Source of the DNA: the human T2T-CHM13v2.0 reference genome, Homo sapiens
Assembly: GCF_009914755.1 (NCBI RefSeq)
Contig: NC_060928.1
DNA length: 64,000 bases
Direction: 5' to 3' (one strand)
The notes under the pieces are model-generated. The model worked only from the letters and a program-made list of their open reading frames with translations. It had not been told where the DNA came from and did no database searches. A program made the position numbers and the translations under genes. This document shows positions 38,215 through 53,731 of the stretch, in pieces. Every line of letters starts with the position of its first letter. Positions within the stretch are counted from its first letter, which is position 1.

Positions 38215-41044
38215 AAACTGGTTTTAAGAAAGAAAATGGTCTGATTTATATTTTAATGGGGTTATTCCCAGGAGAAGTTGGAGGAAAAGAGATGTATTAC
38301 ATCAAATTAAAAAACAAGCAGATTTTTCTTTAACTGCAGGAACATGTGATGATAGGGTTTATGAGGGAGGCGAGCTGGGAGCAAGTTATGGACATGGCAG
38401 GGCTGAAGAATTTGTTCGGGTCAGTCCGGGGATCATTCTCCCTGCTCAGTCATAGATCTAGTAAACAGAGTTGAAGGTTTGAAGCGGGGTGGGGAAAGGA
38501 AGGGCCCCATGCAAGGGGCAATTGTTTCCTCTGTAAACACATTCTTCACAGGTGAATCCTTTCCAGATTCCAGTCTGCAGGCAACTAAATATTGATAGCA
38601 GGACCTGGATCTGGGTCTGCTCTTGGCTTACAGATTCCAAAGCAGATAAATGAGGAATTGGGTCATGAGAGTGAAGATTCCAGGATCTGAGAAGCTGATA
38701 ACGTTGTGGCCATTTAGAAGTAGCCAAATTTCTCAAGTATATAACTTTTTGGAGTATGTGCCTCAAAGGCGGTATGGATTGGGAGAATTGAAATGAGAAA
38801 ATGAGCCGTGAAGTTTCTTTCTATTTTAACAACCTTTTTTTTTTTTCAGCACAGAAAGAGGGAACCACATTTTGCTTCATTTTATTATTATTCAGGAAAC
38901 TTATAAGAAAGGTTGGCAGGGGGTGGCACTTGTCATCACTTACTCATCACAGGGAGAAATCTTGGAGAACTGGGAGTAGTATCTCTGGTGTGTCCTGAGG
39001 TGTCTAGAGCAGCCCAGGCCAGTCAGTGCCAGAGCTCTAGGTGGCATCTGTATTTGTTTCATACATTTGAACCATCATTATCTTCATCCTACATTGTTTA
39101 TTAAAATGCCTGTAGGTAAAGCAGTTTATCAGTGAGGGAGTACATACGGTGCTCTGTGCTGTGTTGCGATATTAAGGGATTACTCATCAGACTGAGGATA
39201 AAGTGAAGCCACCAATATCTTCTGCTATTAAGATATCCAAACTTGTTCACCACTCCAAGTGTGAACTGGGACAGGTGACTTGGCAGAGTCTCAGCCACAA
39301 ACAGTTGCTCATTTGGATAACGATTAAAATTTATAAACCATGTGCCATTTTTTGTTACACATTTTGATAAGTCATTTTTTGAATATCTTACAAGTACATC
39401 CATTAGTAACAGATCAAAACTCTAAAAAGAACTTACTATCTTAAAAGGAATATATTGTTTTGTATGTGTCAAAAGGAGGTTAAGAAAGTCTCCTGCACAG
39501 AGATATTAGGCATGGGATAAGTAAAAGCAAAATATAAATAACAAAAATAAACAAAATTCAGTGGACAGACATGTCAGATGTTTGGTGTTGAGAGGTCCAA
39601 ATAGCACACCAGCGTAAGAACCTGTAATTCTACCCACACTCTGAAGCACTTTGTCTTTAAGTGCCACCACCAGTGGGACTCTGCTGTGTGTGACAGAGGA
39701 GTTAAGTGGTTCATTTTCCTCATGTATTCCTAGCTTCTCTCCAGTCATTCATCATTCTCAGAGGAAGACCAAATGCAGACATAGAAAAGCCAGGATTATT
39801 TTAGGAGAGGGAACAAATCATTGGCAACAGCAGGCAATGCACACAGCAGAGTTAGTAGGAATTTCTTTGGAAGGAACTGTTGAGAGCATGTATGTAGCAC
39901 ATGGTTAGGATCTGTAGATGGAGGGAAGAGAACTTTGGAGCAACTTGAACTTCTTTACACTGCCTAGGCCTATAGGGGATTAGAGAATGCAAGTAGAGAT
40001 AGAAGGACCAAATGTACCTTGGAATGTTTGGCTCAACTGATGATGGGCTGGGATTGGCACCAGATGAACACATATTTTCTTTTCTTTTTTACTTTCCTTG
40101 ATCCATTTCCCTTTCTTTCAATATTTTTCTGTAATTTTTATTTTAAAATAAGCAGTACATTCCAATCTCAGTAATGCTTAGAGGCAAAGATAGAGACAAT
40201 TTATTGTGGTTAAAAATAATGAACTTAATTGGAATTTTCATACAGTGAAAGAAATAGAGAAATAATAGGTTCGTTGTGACTGCCAAGGAGGAAATTCTGC
40301 TTAGAAAAGTTTATGGGGTAATAAACACCTAAAAACAATAACATCCTTAGAATTTTCTCTCTCTAATCTTGCATCAAGGCAACTGATAGAATCATTCTTT
40401 CATTTATTAAATCAACAGTATTTGAGTATCAGGCTCTGTGTTTGGTGCTATGTGTATAGTGAAAAAATGGGACATGAGCCCACCTCTCACAGATGTCACT
40501 TCTTAACCTCAGGGAGAAGACTTGGCTCTGAAGTTTCATCTTATGCAGAAGGGTTTCATTATGCCAACTTTGAGAACATATTGATTTTACTGACCCCAAT
40601 AAGTAATCATTCATGGTCTCACAATTATTATTAGAACTGGAAATGCCCTTATCCAGTGCAACTCGGAAACAATGTTAAATGAACATCCATGATTGTAAAC
40701 GTTGAATGCATGCAGGTCATGGCAAAAAAGTGTGTATGTAAATGTGCTATGAGAACAATTATGTATTGGTGTATTTTTTACTTAATAGATGTTTTTATTT
40801 TAAAACTATGGTTCAAAGCTCTTTAAGAATCTACCTTTTTTACAGAAAGAAAGAGATCTCTTTTTTCAGCATTTTATTGATAATTGAAACAATAACATCT
40901 TTAGACGTGTAAGAATGCATTAAAGAAACAAAATGATAAATAAGACTACTGGCAAGATTTAAAATAACAATAATATATATAATATAAGTATGTACCAACT
41001 GGAAAAATTATATTTATGGCATTACAAAAAAATTAAATTACATA

Positions 41045-41605
41045 TTCATTAATGCATTCAATAACTCTGATAAAGTACTGGACTATATACTAGGTAGTGA
41101 GAGTCTACCAATGAAAAGACACAGTCCTTATCCTCAGGGAGCTCACACGCTAGTTGGAGTTAGATTTACCATGAAACAATTGCAGTATATAATACATGTC
41201 ACAATAAAGATTTCATGGGATTTTCAAAGAAAGGGTCCGGACCCCCATTGAAGAGAAGGCTTTGCAGAAGAGGTGATGATAGATCTAAAACTTTAAGAAT
41301 AAGCAAACATTTACCTACTAAATAATTAGGGGAAGAAGCCTCAGAGCAGAAGTCACAGATTTGGGAAAGAGTATGAAATATTGGGAAATCAAGAATAGTG
41401 TGCTAAATAGACAGAAAAGTACTCTTAGGGAGAGTGGTGGCCATAATTCTGGACAGTGGGATGGGGCTGAGAGGGAGGGGCTTTATGCAACATGGCAGAG
41501 TTTTGATTTAATACTGGAGAAAACGTTCAAGCAAGGTATTGAGGAAAACCAACTGTCAAGTCAAAATGATCTTTCTGGTGGCAGAAAGAATGAATTGGAC
41601 AGTTT
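41045..41605 (-). mobile_element. L2 fragment
   Basis: aagacacagtccttatcctcagggagctcacacgctagttgg. Confidence 0.55.
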
Positions 41606-41612
41606 GGGAGAG

Positions 41613-42032
41613 TGTAAATTAGTTTCCTATTGCTGCTGTAACAAACTATCACAAACTATGTGGCTTAAAAAAAACACAAACGTATTTTCTTTCAGTTCTG
41701 CAGGTCAGAGCCCTAAAATCAAAGTGGGGTCAGGATTATGTTCTGTCTGGAAGCTCTAGGGCAGAATTGAAGCTGGCTCCTTCCAGCTTCTAGATGCCAG
41801 CATTCCTTGACTTGTGGCCCCTTCTGCTATCCTCAAAGCCAGCAGCGTAACATCTTCCAATCACTCCCGATGTCTCTGACCTTCATGCTTGCTTCTTATG
41901 AGGACCCCACATGAATAATCCAGAATAAGGATTAAGAGTCTTAATCACATCTGCAAATTCCCTTTTTCCATTCACAGGTTCCAGAGATTAGGGCATGGAC
42001 ATCTTTAGGGGGACAATATTCTCTCCACCACA
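41613..42032 (-). mobile_element. MLT1C/D-like MaLR LTR
   Basis: ttagtttcctattgctgctgtaacaaactatcacaaac...cttaatcacatctgcaaa...atattctctccaccaca. Confidence 0.8.
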
Positions 42033-42114
42033 GAGTAAAAGGAGATAAATGGAATAGTGATATCATTTAGGATATCTCTAATCCAGGTTAGCAATGATAA
42101 GGACTTAGAGTCAT

Positions 42115-42965
<851 letters not shown>

Positions 42966-43648
42966 ATTTTAAAAATAAGATCACAGCAATAAGGACAAAA
43001 AGGAGAAGAAGGATCAAGAGATATTTTGAATCTAAAATTGTCAATAATTTTTGGGCCATTGAATGCTAGTGGAAGAATACAGGAGAAAAAGAGAAAGGGA
43101 CAGGAAAATAAATTCCCAAACAGCATTAAGAAAACAGCATTAAAATCAACCACTATTGTTTTTACCAACACTTTGAAAATAAGACACAGTACTGACTAAT
43201 GACATACAAAATAGTAAAAATAAAAGGCATTTAAGAATTCATTTCTTATTTTTCTCTCTGTGCTTTAATTCACAGGATTCAATGTTAGTTATTAACCTCA
43301 GATGGGAGCAGTGGCTGAGTTTAGATCTGTGGTGTAGAAAGTAGGGCTGATAAGATTCAAGTTTATTGTTAAATGGAAAAAATATACATAATTAACACTA
43401 ACTCTGCTGTTTTCCAGAACCAGTCTAGGAGGCAAATAAATTAAACAATTAGTGTGTTTATTTGGAACATGAACTGAAGCTATTTCATGAACTTCCCAGG
43501 GCTTTTGCCTGCTGTGAACACCATCATGGGCATGAAAGCATTCAAAACCATTTGAAGAATATTAAATTCAGTAAAACAGCAAATTACTTGGAAAATATGT
43601 AATACCCAGTACCTTCACTTTGAAAATAAATTGCTTTAGAGGATCTGA

Positions 43649-44045
<397 letters not shown>

Positions 44046-44341
44046 TGAACAGACACCATCTGAATTTCTGTTATAATCCCATTGGTTGTCTAACTCCAAC
44101 ACTCATTCCTCTGCCCTCTCCTCTCCTCCCTGTAAGCTCTTTTTCTCTCTGTCTCTCTTTGTACCTGCTCTTAGCCAGTTCCACATACCATCAATTCCAA
44201 GGTTTCTACCTACAGTTCAGACCCCTCCACCAAGCCTGAGACTTATGTATCACATATTATGCAGAAACTTTTGCAATTCAGGGATTTGCAGGTTCTAAAT
44301 AAGGGAACTGTAACTGCTCCAATGATCAAGAGTCCGAGTTT

Positions 44342-44555
44342 CACAGGGAGGAAAACAATACACACTGGGTCCTGTCAGGGTCGGGGTAGGGACAGGGGAG
44401 GGAGAGCATCAGGATAAATAGCGAATGCATATGGAACTTAATACCTGGGTGATGAGTTGATGGGTGCAGCAAACCACCATGGCATATGTATGCCTATGTA
44501 ACAAACCTATACGTTCTTCACATGTATCCCAGAACTAAAGTTAAAAAAGAAAAAG
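44342..44555 (+). mobile_element. L1PA (about 8-11) 3'UTR fragment
   Basis: gggagagcatcaggataaatagcgaatgcat...ggtgcagcaaaccaccatggca...gtatcccagaactaaag; flanks gagtccgagttt / gaatccaagttt enclose the L1 plus the adjacent Alu. Confidence 0.85.
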
Positions 44556-44556
44556 A

Positions 44557-44849
<293 letters not shown>

Positions 44850-45929
44850 TGAATCCAAGTTTGTCTTCAAATTAAACAGAAGTTCAAGCCATTCAGTGAA
44901 AATGGCTTGGGCTTCTGTTTATATAATGCACTCCTATTTCTCCGTATCTTTTCATACGTCCTCCAATAATTTTTTGGAGGGAAGCTGGAGTCAAAATTTC
45001 TAACAAAAAAATTGTTCTTCCCTTCTGACCAATAAAGCCTAGCTTGGAGCCCCTGATTTCCTAGCTGCCTATGTTTTATAATCAGTGTAACTACCCGGTC
45101 TTTATTTATGACCTAAGTCGTTTACTATTTTAATTAATGAAGTTTTATGTGTATCTGCGCCCTGAGGCAACTTAAAGCAGGGGTATAATTTCTGAGCCTT
45201 TGCAAAGTAAATTCATAAACAGAAAGCCATTTTCAGCCAGGCTAATAAAAACACACTGATTTTAATTGACCATAAGCCATAGTGCAAGCTGAAGACCTTC
45301 ATCATATCGACCTTATGGAGTCTCTGGTGAAACAATTCAAACTAAGAGCCAAACAAAGTTTTATACAATTTTGTTAAATGTTGTAATTGAGTTCGGTCTT
45401 TTAAGCATGCAGAGACATGAATATGGATTTATATGGAAGGAGTGAAACTATACCTTGTGTATCTGTAGAGTTCCTCTGGTGCTTCCATGAGGAACCACGA
45501 TTCCTGCATTAGTATTTTCACAAAGCCATTTGTAACAGGAAGAACCATGGCTTCTATGAATTTTTCATTATAAACTGGAAGAAACAGTTCATTTTTTGGT
45601 GTCAGCTTGAGAGCAAACGATTTTGAGAAATCAGAAAGGAAAATTCCTTTGTGTCATGTTTTGAACTTTTACTGCAGGGTCTGGTTAAAATGGATAAAAT
45701 GTTGAGAAGTTTTTAATTTCTCCCTACTTTTCTAAAATGTAAATGACATTTAATGTTTTATTAATAAGAAGGCAGTTAAGTTGCCCAGAGGTTAAGATTT
45801 ATTGTTTCAAATATAATGTCACATGACTGGAGGCCTTATTATGCTGAGAACGAGCTAAAGACTGAGAAATTAGATATTATCACTCAAAAGTAAACTCTCC
45901 TTTGAACTTGCAGAGAGTCACGTACATAA

Positions 45930-46105
45930 TATGGAACTGGGCATGTTTCTTCACCTCTGTTTTCTTCACCTGTAAAATGAGATTAATAATAACAATAGCA
46001 CCTGCCTTATGGGGTTTTGGGGAAGATTAAATGAGATAAAACCTGTAAAATACTTGGAACTGAGTCTGACATGTGATAAGTGTCAAAAAAAAATGTTAAT
46101 TATAT
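45930..46105 (+). mobile_element. MIR
   Basis: ttcacctgtaaaatgagattaataat...gattaaatgagataa. Confidence 0.7.
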
Positions 46106-46189
46106 TTATTCACATTTACAACTTCTCTTTAGTGCCCGCTTTGAAACAAAAGATTCCTTAAAATAGTCTATTGCTAAGGGATATTGGCT

Positions 46190-48085
46190 TATTTTTTCCC
46201 CTTTTATTTTTACTTAACACAACCATTGTACATATTTGTGGAATAGAGAGTGTTATTTTGATACATATATACAATGTATAATGGTCAAATCAGGGTAATT
46301 AGCATATCCATCACCTCAAACATTTACCATTTCTTTGTGTTGTGAGCATTCAGAGTCCTCTCTTCTAGTTTTTGGAAATATACAATAAATTCTATATCTG
46401 TAGCACTGTAGGGTGAATATGGTTAATTTTCATACAATAAATTATAGGTGCAGCAAACCACCATGGCACATGTTTATACAATAAGTTATAGGAAAATTAA
46501 CCATATTCACCCTACAGTGCTATAGAACACCAAAACTCATTCCGCCTGCCTAGCTGTAGTTTTGTATTTGTTAACTAACCTCTCCTAATCCTCCCTTCTC
46601 TCTTAGCCTTCCCAGCCTATGATACCTATAATTCTGTTCTCTACTTCTATGAACTCAAAATGTCTTTTAGCTCCCACATATACATGAGAACATGTGGTAT
46701 TTATCTTTCTGTGCCTGTCTTATTTAACTTAACATAATTTCCTCCAGGCTCATCCATGTTGCCTCAAATGCAGGATTTCATTCTTTTTATGGCTGAGTCA
46801 TATTCCATTGTGAATGTATACCATATTTTCTTTTTCCGTTCACCAATCAACGGACATCTGGGTTGATTTCATATGTGAACTATTGTGAATAGTGCTACAA
46901 TAAACATGGGGGTAGGTATTCCTTTGATATACTTATTTTCTTTCCTTAGGATAAGTACCCAGTAGAGGAATTGACTGGATCATATGATAGTTACATTTTT
47001 TAGTTTTTTGAGAAATGTCCATACTGTTTTTTATAATGGCTGTACTAGTTTACATTCCTACCAAGAGTGTATAAAAATCCCTTTTCCTCCACATCCTTGC
47101 CATCATTTGTTATTTATTGTCTTTTGTTAATAACCGTTCTAATTTGGGATGCAATAATATCTCATTGTGGTTTTGATTTGCATTTCTCTGATTAGTGATA
47201 TTGAGAACTTTTTCATAAGTTTGTTGGCCATTTGTACATCTAAAAATGTCTATTCAGTTTCTTTGCCCACTTCTAATTGAATCATTTGGGATTTTTGCTA
47301 TTGAATTGTTTGAGATCCTTGTATATTCTGGATATTAGTCCCTTGTAGGATGAATAGCTTGCAAATATTTTCTCCCATTCTATGGGTTATATCTTCACTC
47401 TGTTGATTGTTTCCTTTGTTGTGCAGAAGCTTTTTACTTTAATGTAGTCCCAGTGGCCTAGGCAAAGACTTTATGGCTAAGATTTCAAAAGCACAGGCAA
47501 CAAAAACAAAAAGAGACAACTGATTTTTGACAAAGACACCAAAAACCCATCTAGGGGTGTATCAGTCTGTTCTCACACTGCTGATAAATACTTACCTGAG
47601 ACTGGGCAATTTACAAAAGAAAGCGATTTATTGGACTTACAGTTCCATGTGGCTGGGGAGGCCTCACAATCATGGCGGAAGGTGAAAGGCATGTCTCACA
47701 TGGCGGCAGACAGAAGAAGACAGCTTGTGCAGGGAACACTCTCATTTGTGAAACCATCAGATGTCGTGAGATTCATTCATTGTTATGAGAACAGCTCAGG
47801 AAAGACCAGGCCCTGTAATTCCATCACCTCCCACTGGGTTCCTCCCATGACACGTGGGAATTGTGGGAGTCACAATTCAAGATGAGATTTGGTTGGGGAC
47901 ACAGCCAAACAATATCACGGGGAAAGGACACCCTCTTCAATAAATGGTGCTGGGAAAACCAGGTAGCCTTATGCAGAATGATGAAACTAGACCCCCTATC
48001 TCTCACCATATGCAAAAATCCACTCAAAATGGATAAAAGACTTAAACAGAAGACCCCAAACTATGAAACTACTAGAAAAAAACAT
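46190..48085 (-). mobile_element. L1MA-type element: antisense 46190-47452 plus two sense-oriented ORF2 segments (47454-47519 and 47520-48085)
   Basis: 3'UTR aatcagggtaattagcatatccatcacctcaaacattt; ORF2 remnant [13 protein letters not shown] on the + strand. Confidence 0.85.
47558..47917 (-). mobile_element. THE1 (THE1A-like) solo LTR inserted in L1
   Basis: tgtatcagtctgttctcacactgctgataaa...ggggacacagccaaacaatatca; TSD agggg / cgggg. Confidence 0.92.
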
Positions 48086-49454
48086 CCTATCCAAGGTCTG
48101 CCATGCATCAAACAGGGTTATAGACCATAAGAATACAGCCTGAGTAAAGCCAATGAATCCTTGCCCCCATGGAGCTTACCTTCTAGTGGATGAGATAGAT
48201 AATAAAACAAATAAGTTACTATCTCGCATAGTTTCAGGTAATAAGTGCTATGAAGACAAATAAGGCAAAGCAAAGAAGCAGACATGTACACTAATATCCT
48301 AAAACAATTATTTTGGCATTCTCCTGCCTCTCAAGCCAATATACATACTGAACATGATGATATCAATTAAAAAGTTTTCTCATGTATTTGTAACCAGTGA
48401 AGGCATTAACCCCCGAGAAGATATAGTCTTATAGCACCTAAAAACTTTTTAAGTTGCCTTAGACTGACATTTGCTGCAATTCTGAAGCATAGAAGTCATG
48501 AGGAACATGCAGTCATATTCTCTAAGATACTGTTTTCCAAGTCCAGCTGACACAGAGAGCAAAAATGAGTTAACATGGAGGTGGAGATTTTCATCCAGTC
48601 TTCCCACTATCCTTTCTATAAGGGTGAAAATGACTTTTAAGAAAGCTACTTAGCCAAAGCTAAAAGCATAGTTGTTTTGTCTGTATTTGGGAGGCCTTAG
48701 TTTACAACAGAATGGCAGCAACTGTGTTTGGCAAAGTAGTAGAGAAAGAAAGGCCATCTTTCATCTCGATTGTGAGGATATATCACTTGGAAGGCCATCT
48801 TGGTACTCCTTGCAGGATCCCACATCAATCTTTTGAGTCACATGTGGACTGAGATCTCAATGTGCTACCCAGCCGAGAGAAGATGGAATGGCCTTAAAAC
48901 CTAAGGCAAATCAACAGACAACTAAAAAACTGAGATGATTTCTATAGCCATGTCCTTGATAGAAAAGAAAGTGGAGCAATAAAAACATTTTGAGTTGCAG
49001 TTTTTTTTTACTCTGTACTTTTGCATTATTAAAGTAAAATTATTCTATAGCAAATCACTTACAAGGAACTTCCTGTGCAATTATTAACATTTATTTTCTA
49101 AAACTGTAAAAATTCACAGACTCAGCATTGTGAGACCAGGCTCACTTATTCCAACAAATGGAAGATGCCACTCTTGACAGTCACAACGTGGCAATGATCA
49201 AATAAGGTTTAATTTTAATTGTGTTGCATCATAAAAGAGAGAGAGAGTTAAACATATATAGACTTGTAAATAATTGTCTGATTTTTTTGACATCTTAAAT
49301 AATTTTACAAATGTATCAATTTAATTTGCTAATATAAGTTTTTTTTTAAAGAATATAGCTGTATTAATCCTCTCCCAGAAAGGATCATTTAAAAGGCATT
49401 CCTTGAATGCATTGAGTCTTTTTTCTGTTTGACAAGCAAGACCACTTTAGCTTG

Positions 49455-50850
49455 CAGAGAGGCATGATGAGTAGTGGTTACCAGCCTAGGTTGGTGCTAT
49501 ATTGCGGGTTTGAAACCAATCCACCTCTTAACAACAGTGAGACCATGGACAAGTTTCTTAATCTCTCTGTGCTTCATTCTTTCCATATGCAAGATGCGGA
49601 TAAAAATATCTACCTATGGGTTCTATAATAGGGTTGTTATAAAAATAAAAAGAATTAGACAAAATATACCTAGAAAACTGCTAAACAAGTTATTACTATG
49701 ACAACTAATCATTATTATTAGCTTTATCACTCAAGTGGTATGACAGAGTGAACTTCTCCTGAAATCATAGCACTCAACAGTATAAAGAAAAGAAATCCAG
49801 AGACAAATAGAAAGAAATCTAGTATACTATTAGCATTAATGAATAAAGACAATTTAGAGAGGGAATTTCATAAATCTTTGAGTGTTATTAAACATGGGGA
49901 ATAATCGCAAAGGGGCCAAAAGACCAATTATGTTAGCATGTGACGTTGGATGGCTCTTTGGGAGAAACAAGCACACTTATTTATTCTCAGCTTTCTCCTT
50001 GAGGTACAAGTAAATGACAATTATATTTTGCACATACTGAATTCAGTATGTGAAAAAATATCTGCTTGTGTTTGGCTTCAAATTGACTTCTCCAATACCC
50101 TTAATCTTTATAATTTAGTAGCACTATTTAATTAATATTATTCCTTTGGAGACCTCCATTTTCTATTCTCTGTTTCTATTTCTAAATGTAGATGCAAATG
50201 TAGTTCTCTAAAGCCACATCTATTCAGATTCAAAGAGAAGGGGCTCAAAATTATTAAGTGAACACCTACTCTGATCAAGTTTGTTGCATACACTTTACAT
50301 AAATTAATTTTATTTAAGTATTACAATAGCACCTGGACATGCCTATTATCATTTTTGGAATATTGGAAAATTAAGTAGCTTACTCAAGATCGCTCAAATA
50401 GAAGACGATGCTCATTCTGTTGATTGAACCAAGTTTGTTGATTGTAAATGCAGGGCAACTTTAATTCAACAATTGAATTCAAAAGGCACAGATTTTTAGA
50501 CTCGGAAACTCTCAGTTTGTTACTTACTGTGTTTCTTTGGCAAGTCACTTGAACTTTCTATCTTTACTTTCATATTCTATTAACTGAAACAAAGACCAGC
50601 CACCCACCTAGTTTAAAGGATTGTTATGGGGATTAAATGAGGCAATAAATAGAAAATGCTTCAGAAACAGACAGAGTTGGTTTCAAATCCCTACTTTACC
50701 ACTTAGGAAATTGGCCAAGTTATCTAAACTCTCTGTACCTACGTGTCTTGATCTGCAAAACTGGATGAATTGTGCCTGCTTTGAAAGGTATAGAGTCAAT
50801 AATGTATGTTTCAAACCCCAACACTAGACCACAAACACTTAACTGTAGTG
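49455..50850. mobile_element. Cluster of MIRs (about 49455-49720 +, 50255-50440 -, 50480-50660 +, 50665-50850 +)
   Basis: gggtttgaaacc...ggacaagtttcttaatctctctgtgcttc; tggtttcaaatccctactttaccacttag. Confidence 0.6.
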
Positions 50851-51196
50851 GTGGTTGGTATATTTCAATAATCTAAAACATGTAATACATGTAATTCCAG
50901 GGGCCCAATCCGCTCACACCTCTGTATAGTTTTTGAATATGAAAATTTGCAAATGTAGGCACATTTCTGAACAGATGGCAAAAATTAAAGTCTAAACTTC
51001 TCCCTATAGTTTGTATATAAATTGTCATAATAGATTTTTTAAGTCTAAAGACTAAAAACTATAATTTACATATAATACTTCAATTAAACCCAGCAAATGG
51101 AAAGGTTGTGACTTATTGCCAGGATGATCTACTGTATATGATAAAAGCTACTCATGCATCTTTCTGTAAATAGAAAATAGAATATGAAACAGAAAT

Positions 51197-51617
51197 GCTG
51201 GTGGTAGACTACTAGCTGTCTCTCAAATCCATTCATTCTCCCTGTTTTCCTTATTAAAGGAGTTTTACCTGGGTGGCTTGGCACGGCCACGTGACAGTGT
51301 GCCTGCCAATGGGATATGAGCAGAAGTGAGTGCCCCTTCAGGTCTTGTCCTTAAAGCACGCTACTTGTACTCCATCTAGCTCTCTCGCCTGTACCTCCAG
51401 GCTATGGTGACCATCACACCATACTTGGAAGCCATGTGCTAAGGACAGCAGAGTTGCCACGCTAGTCCGGGTTCCTGGAAAGCCTTTTGATGTGAAGGTA
51501 TCCCACATTCCTGGATCACATATACTGTTGCATTGAAGAGATGTAAACGTCTGTCATTTAAGCTGTGGCATTTGAAATCTCTTTGTTACAGCAGTTTAAA
51601 CTTTATCCTAATATACA
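51197..51617 (+). mobile_element. MLT1J-like LTR
   Basis: ggccacgtgac...gccaatgggatatgagcagaagtga...tctctttgttacagcagtt. Confidence 0.7.
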
Positions 51618-53367
51618 CTTAAAGTCAAAATATGGGCAGTATAGGTTTGGCCAGCTATGCCTTTTTCTTTTTCTGAGAGGCATGACTCCCATCAAAGAGA
51701 AACTTACAAAGCAGAAGAAATTATAATAGAAATAAATCATAAACTTACTGAAGATAAGCTTAATTTACACTAACAAAGGTAAAATACAGGCTTTTGTTGA
51801 ATTCTTTAATCGTCTAAAATTTCTTCATGTGAACATGAAGATCTAAAAATTGCTGTGAACAAGAAATGATACATGACTTTTCCATTACCAAAATGTTATT
51901 TTATCTTAAATTATTTAGTCCAAGGTGAGTTTTAACAGCATGATTCTGGTAATTTTCACCTCAGTGGCTGGGAGAACTTACAGGAAATGATGAGGAGGCA
52001 AATAATTTAAGAAGTTCCTTCCTTAAATGTTTTACAGACTTGAGACTTATCTTCTAAAAGATCGTGGCTATTTCAGCCTCTGGGAAAAAGTCTTTACTCA
52101 ATAAATGTTTTGAGAAAGAGCGAATAAGTGATGCAGTAATGTTACAAACACAATAGGGGACTACAGCATACTCAGTGAATTCAATGAGGAGATAAAATTA
52201 TACTTTCTACCCTAAAAAATATTTTTAAAAAATACTTTCCTCTTTTCCCATTCTTTTCCAAGATGATTCAAGAAATCTACTTCACAGTTTTTAAGACCCA
52301 TTGAGAACAATTTTGGGGCAAAATACATAATGAAATAAACAAATATACAGTCTAATATAAATCCATGATCCCAAATAAGGATCTAAATCGTGGGGACCTA
52401 GCAGTCTAATCAAAAACCACCGTGTGCCTTTCTGCCTAAGTCAGTTGTATGATACCTTCAATAGTCATGGAGGTCACCAAACAATAATATGCATATCCAT
52501 AAGGAAAAGGAAACGTGAAATATTAAGTTCTATTTCAAATCTAAAGCTTTTTTTCAAAGAACGACTCTAGAATTCCTCTTAAGAATCCATTACACAGGCA
52601 AATCTTTGAAGCAATTCTCTAATTCGATCAATTCATTGGAATGCAAATCACAACATTATCCAATCCTGCCTCCATATGGCCAGCTGCATCAAAAGCCACA
52701 TGGCCCCAGCACTGGGGATAGGCTTGGAATCTGCAGTTCTCTGGTACAGTAAAGGAAATGCTGCCAAAACCAGAAAGTTGGGAATAGGAAATATCTGAGC
52801 CAAAGTGTGGGCTGCTTTCCCTCTTTGAGGCCACAGCAATTCAAATTATGAGTTCAGAGCATCATAAACCTAAGAAAGGACTTCTAGATTTTGGTGGTTT
52901 CCAATGCAATGAACATCATGGTTATATTTCCTGGATGATTTTTTTTTTTGTGGTGAGGACCTTGAGTTAGAACTGTTTCTCAACATAATCGGTTTCCTTT
53001 ACAATCCTAAAGAACCTGGTGATAAGTATATCCTGAGAAGGAATCCACAGTCTTCACCAGACTGCCAAGGAGCTCACAGCATAAAAATATTTAAGAAATT
53101 CTGATCTTAAGCACAGGGGACTAGTAGGTATTGGCTGGGGTTCAGCACTCCATTCAAGCATGTGCAAGAACAGAGAAGAATTCTACTTCTAGCAAGGAAC
53201 CAGCCTGGCAGGAGGTAAATAAGACATTGAAGTTCAGTGTACTCTTAGGCCTCAAGAGCTCAATTGAACACCTTCCCCTTCTCTCTTTTTCTAACCAGCA
53301 TATACATTCACTGTGGCTGGTAGACCACACTCAATTCCACACCTAGCTTTAAAAGCATTCTTTTTCA

Positions 53368-53731
<364 letters not shown>

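Noticed and set aside
41361-41759. Longest ORF in the window (132 aa)
   Set aside because: Spans an L2/MLT1 junction with a non-ATG start; chance ORF
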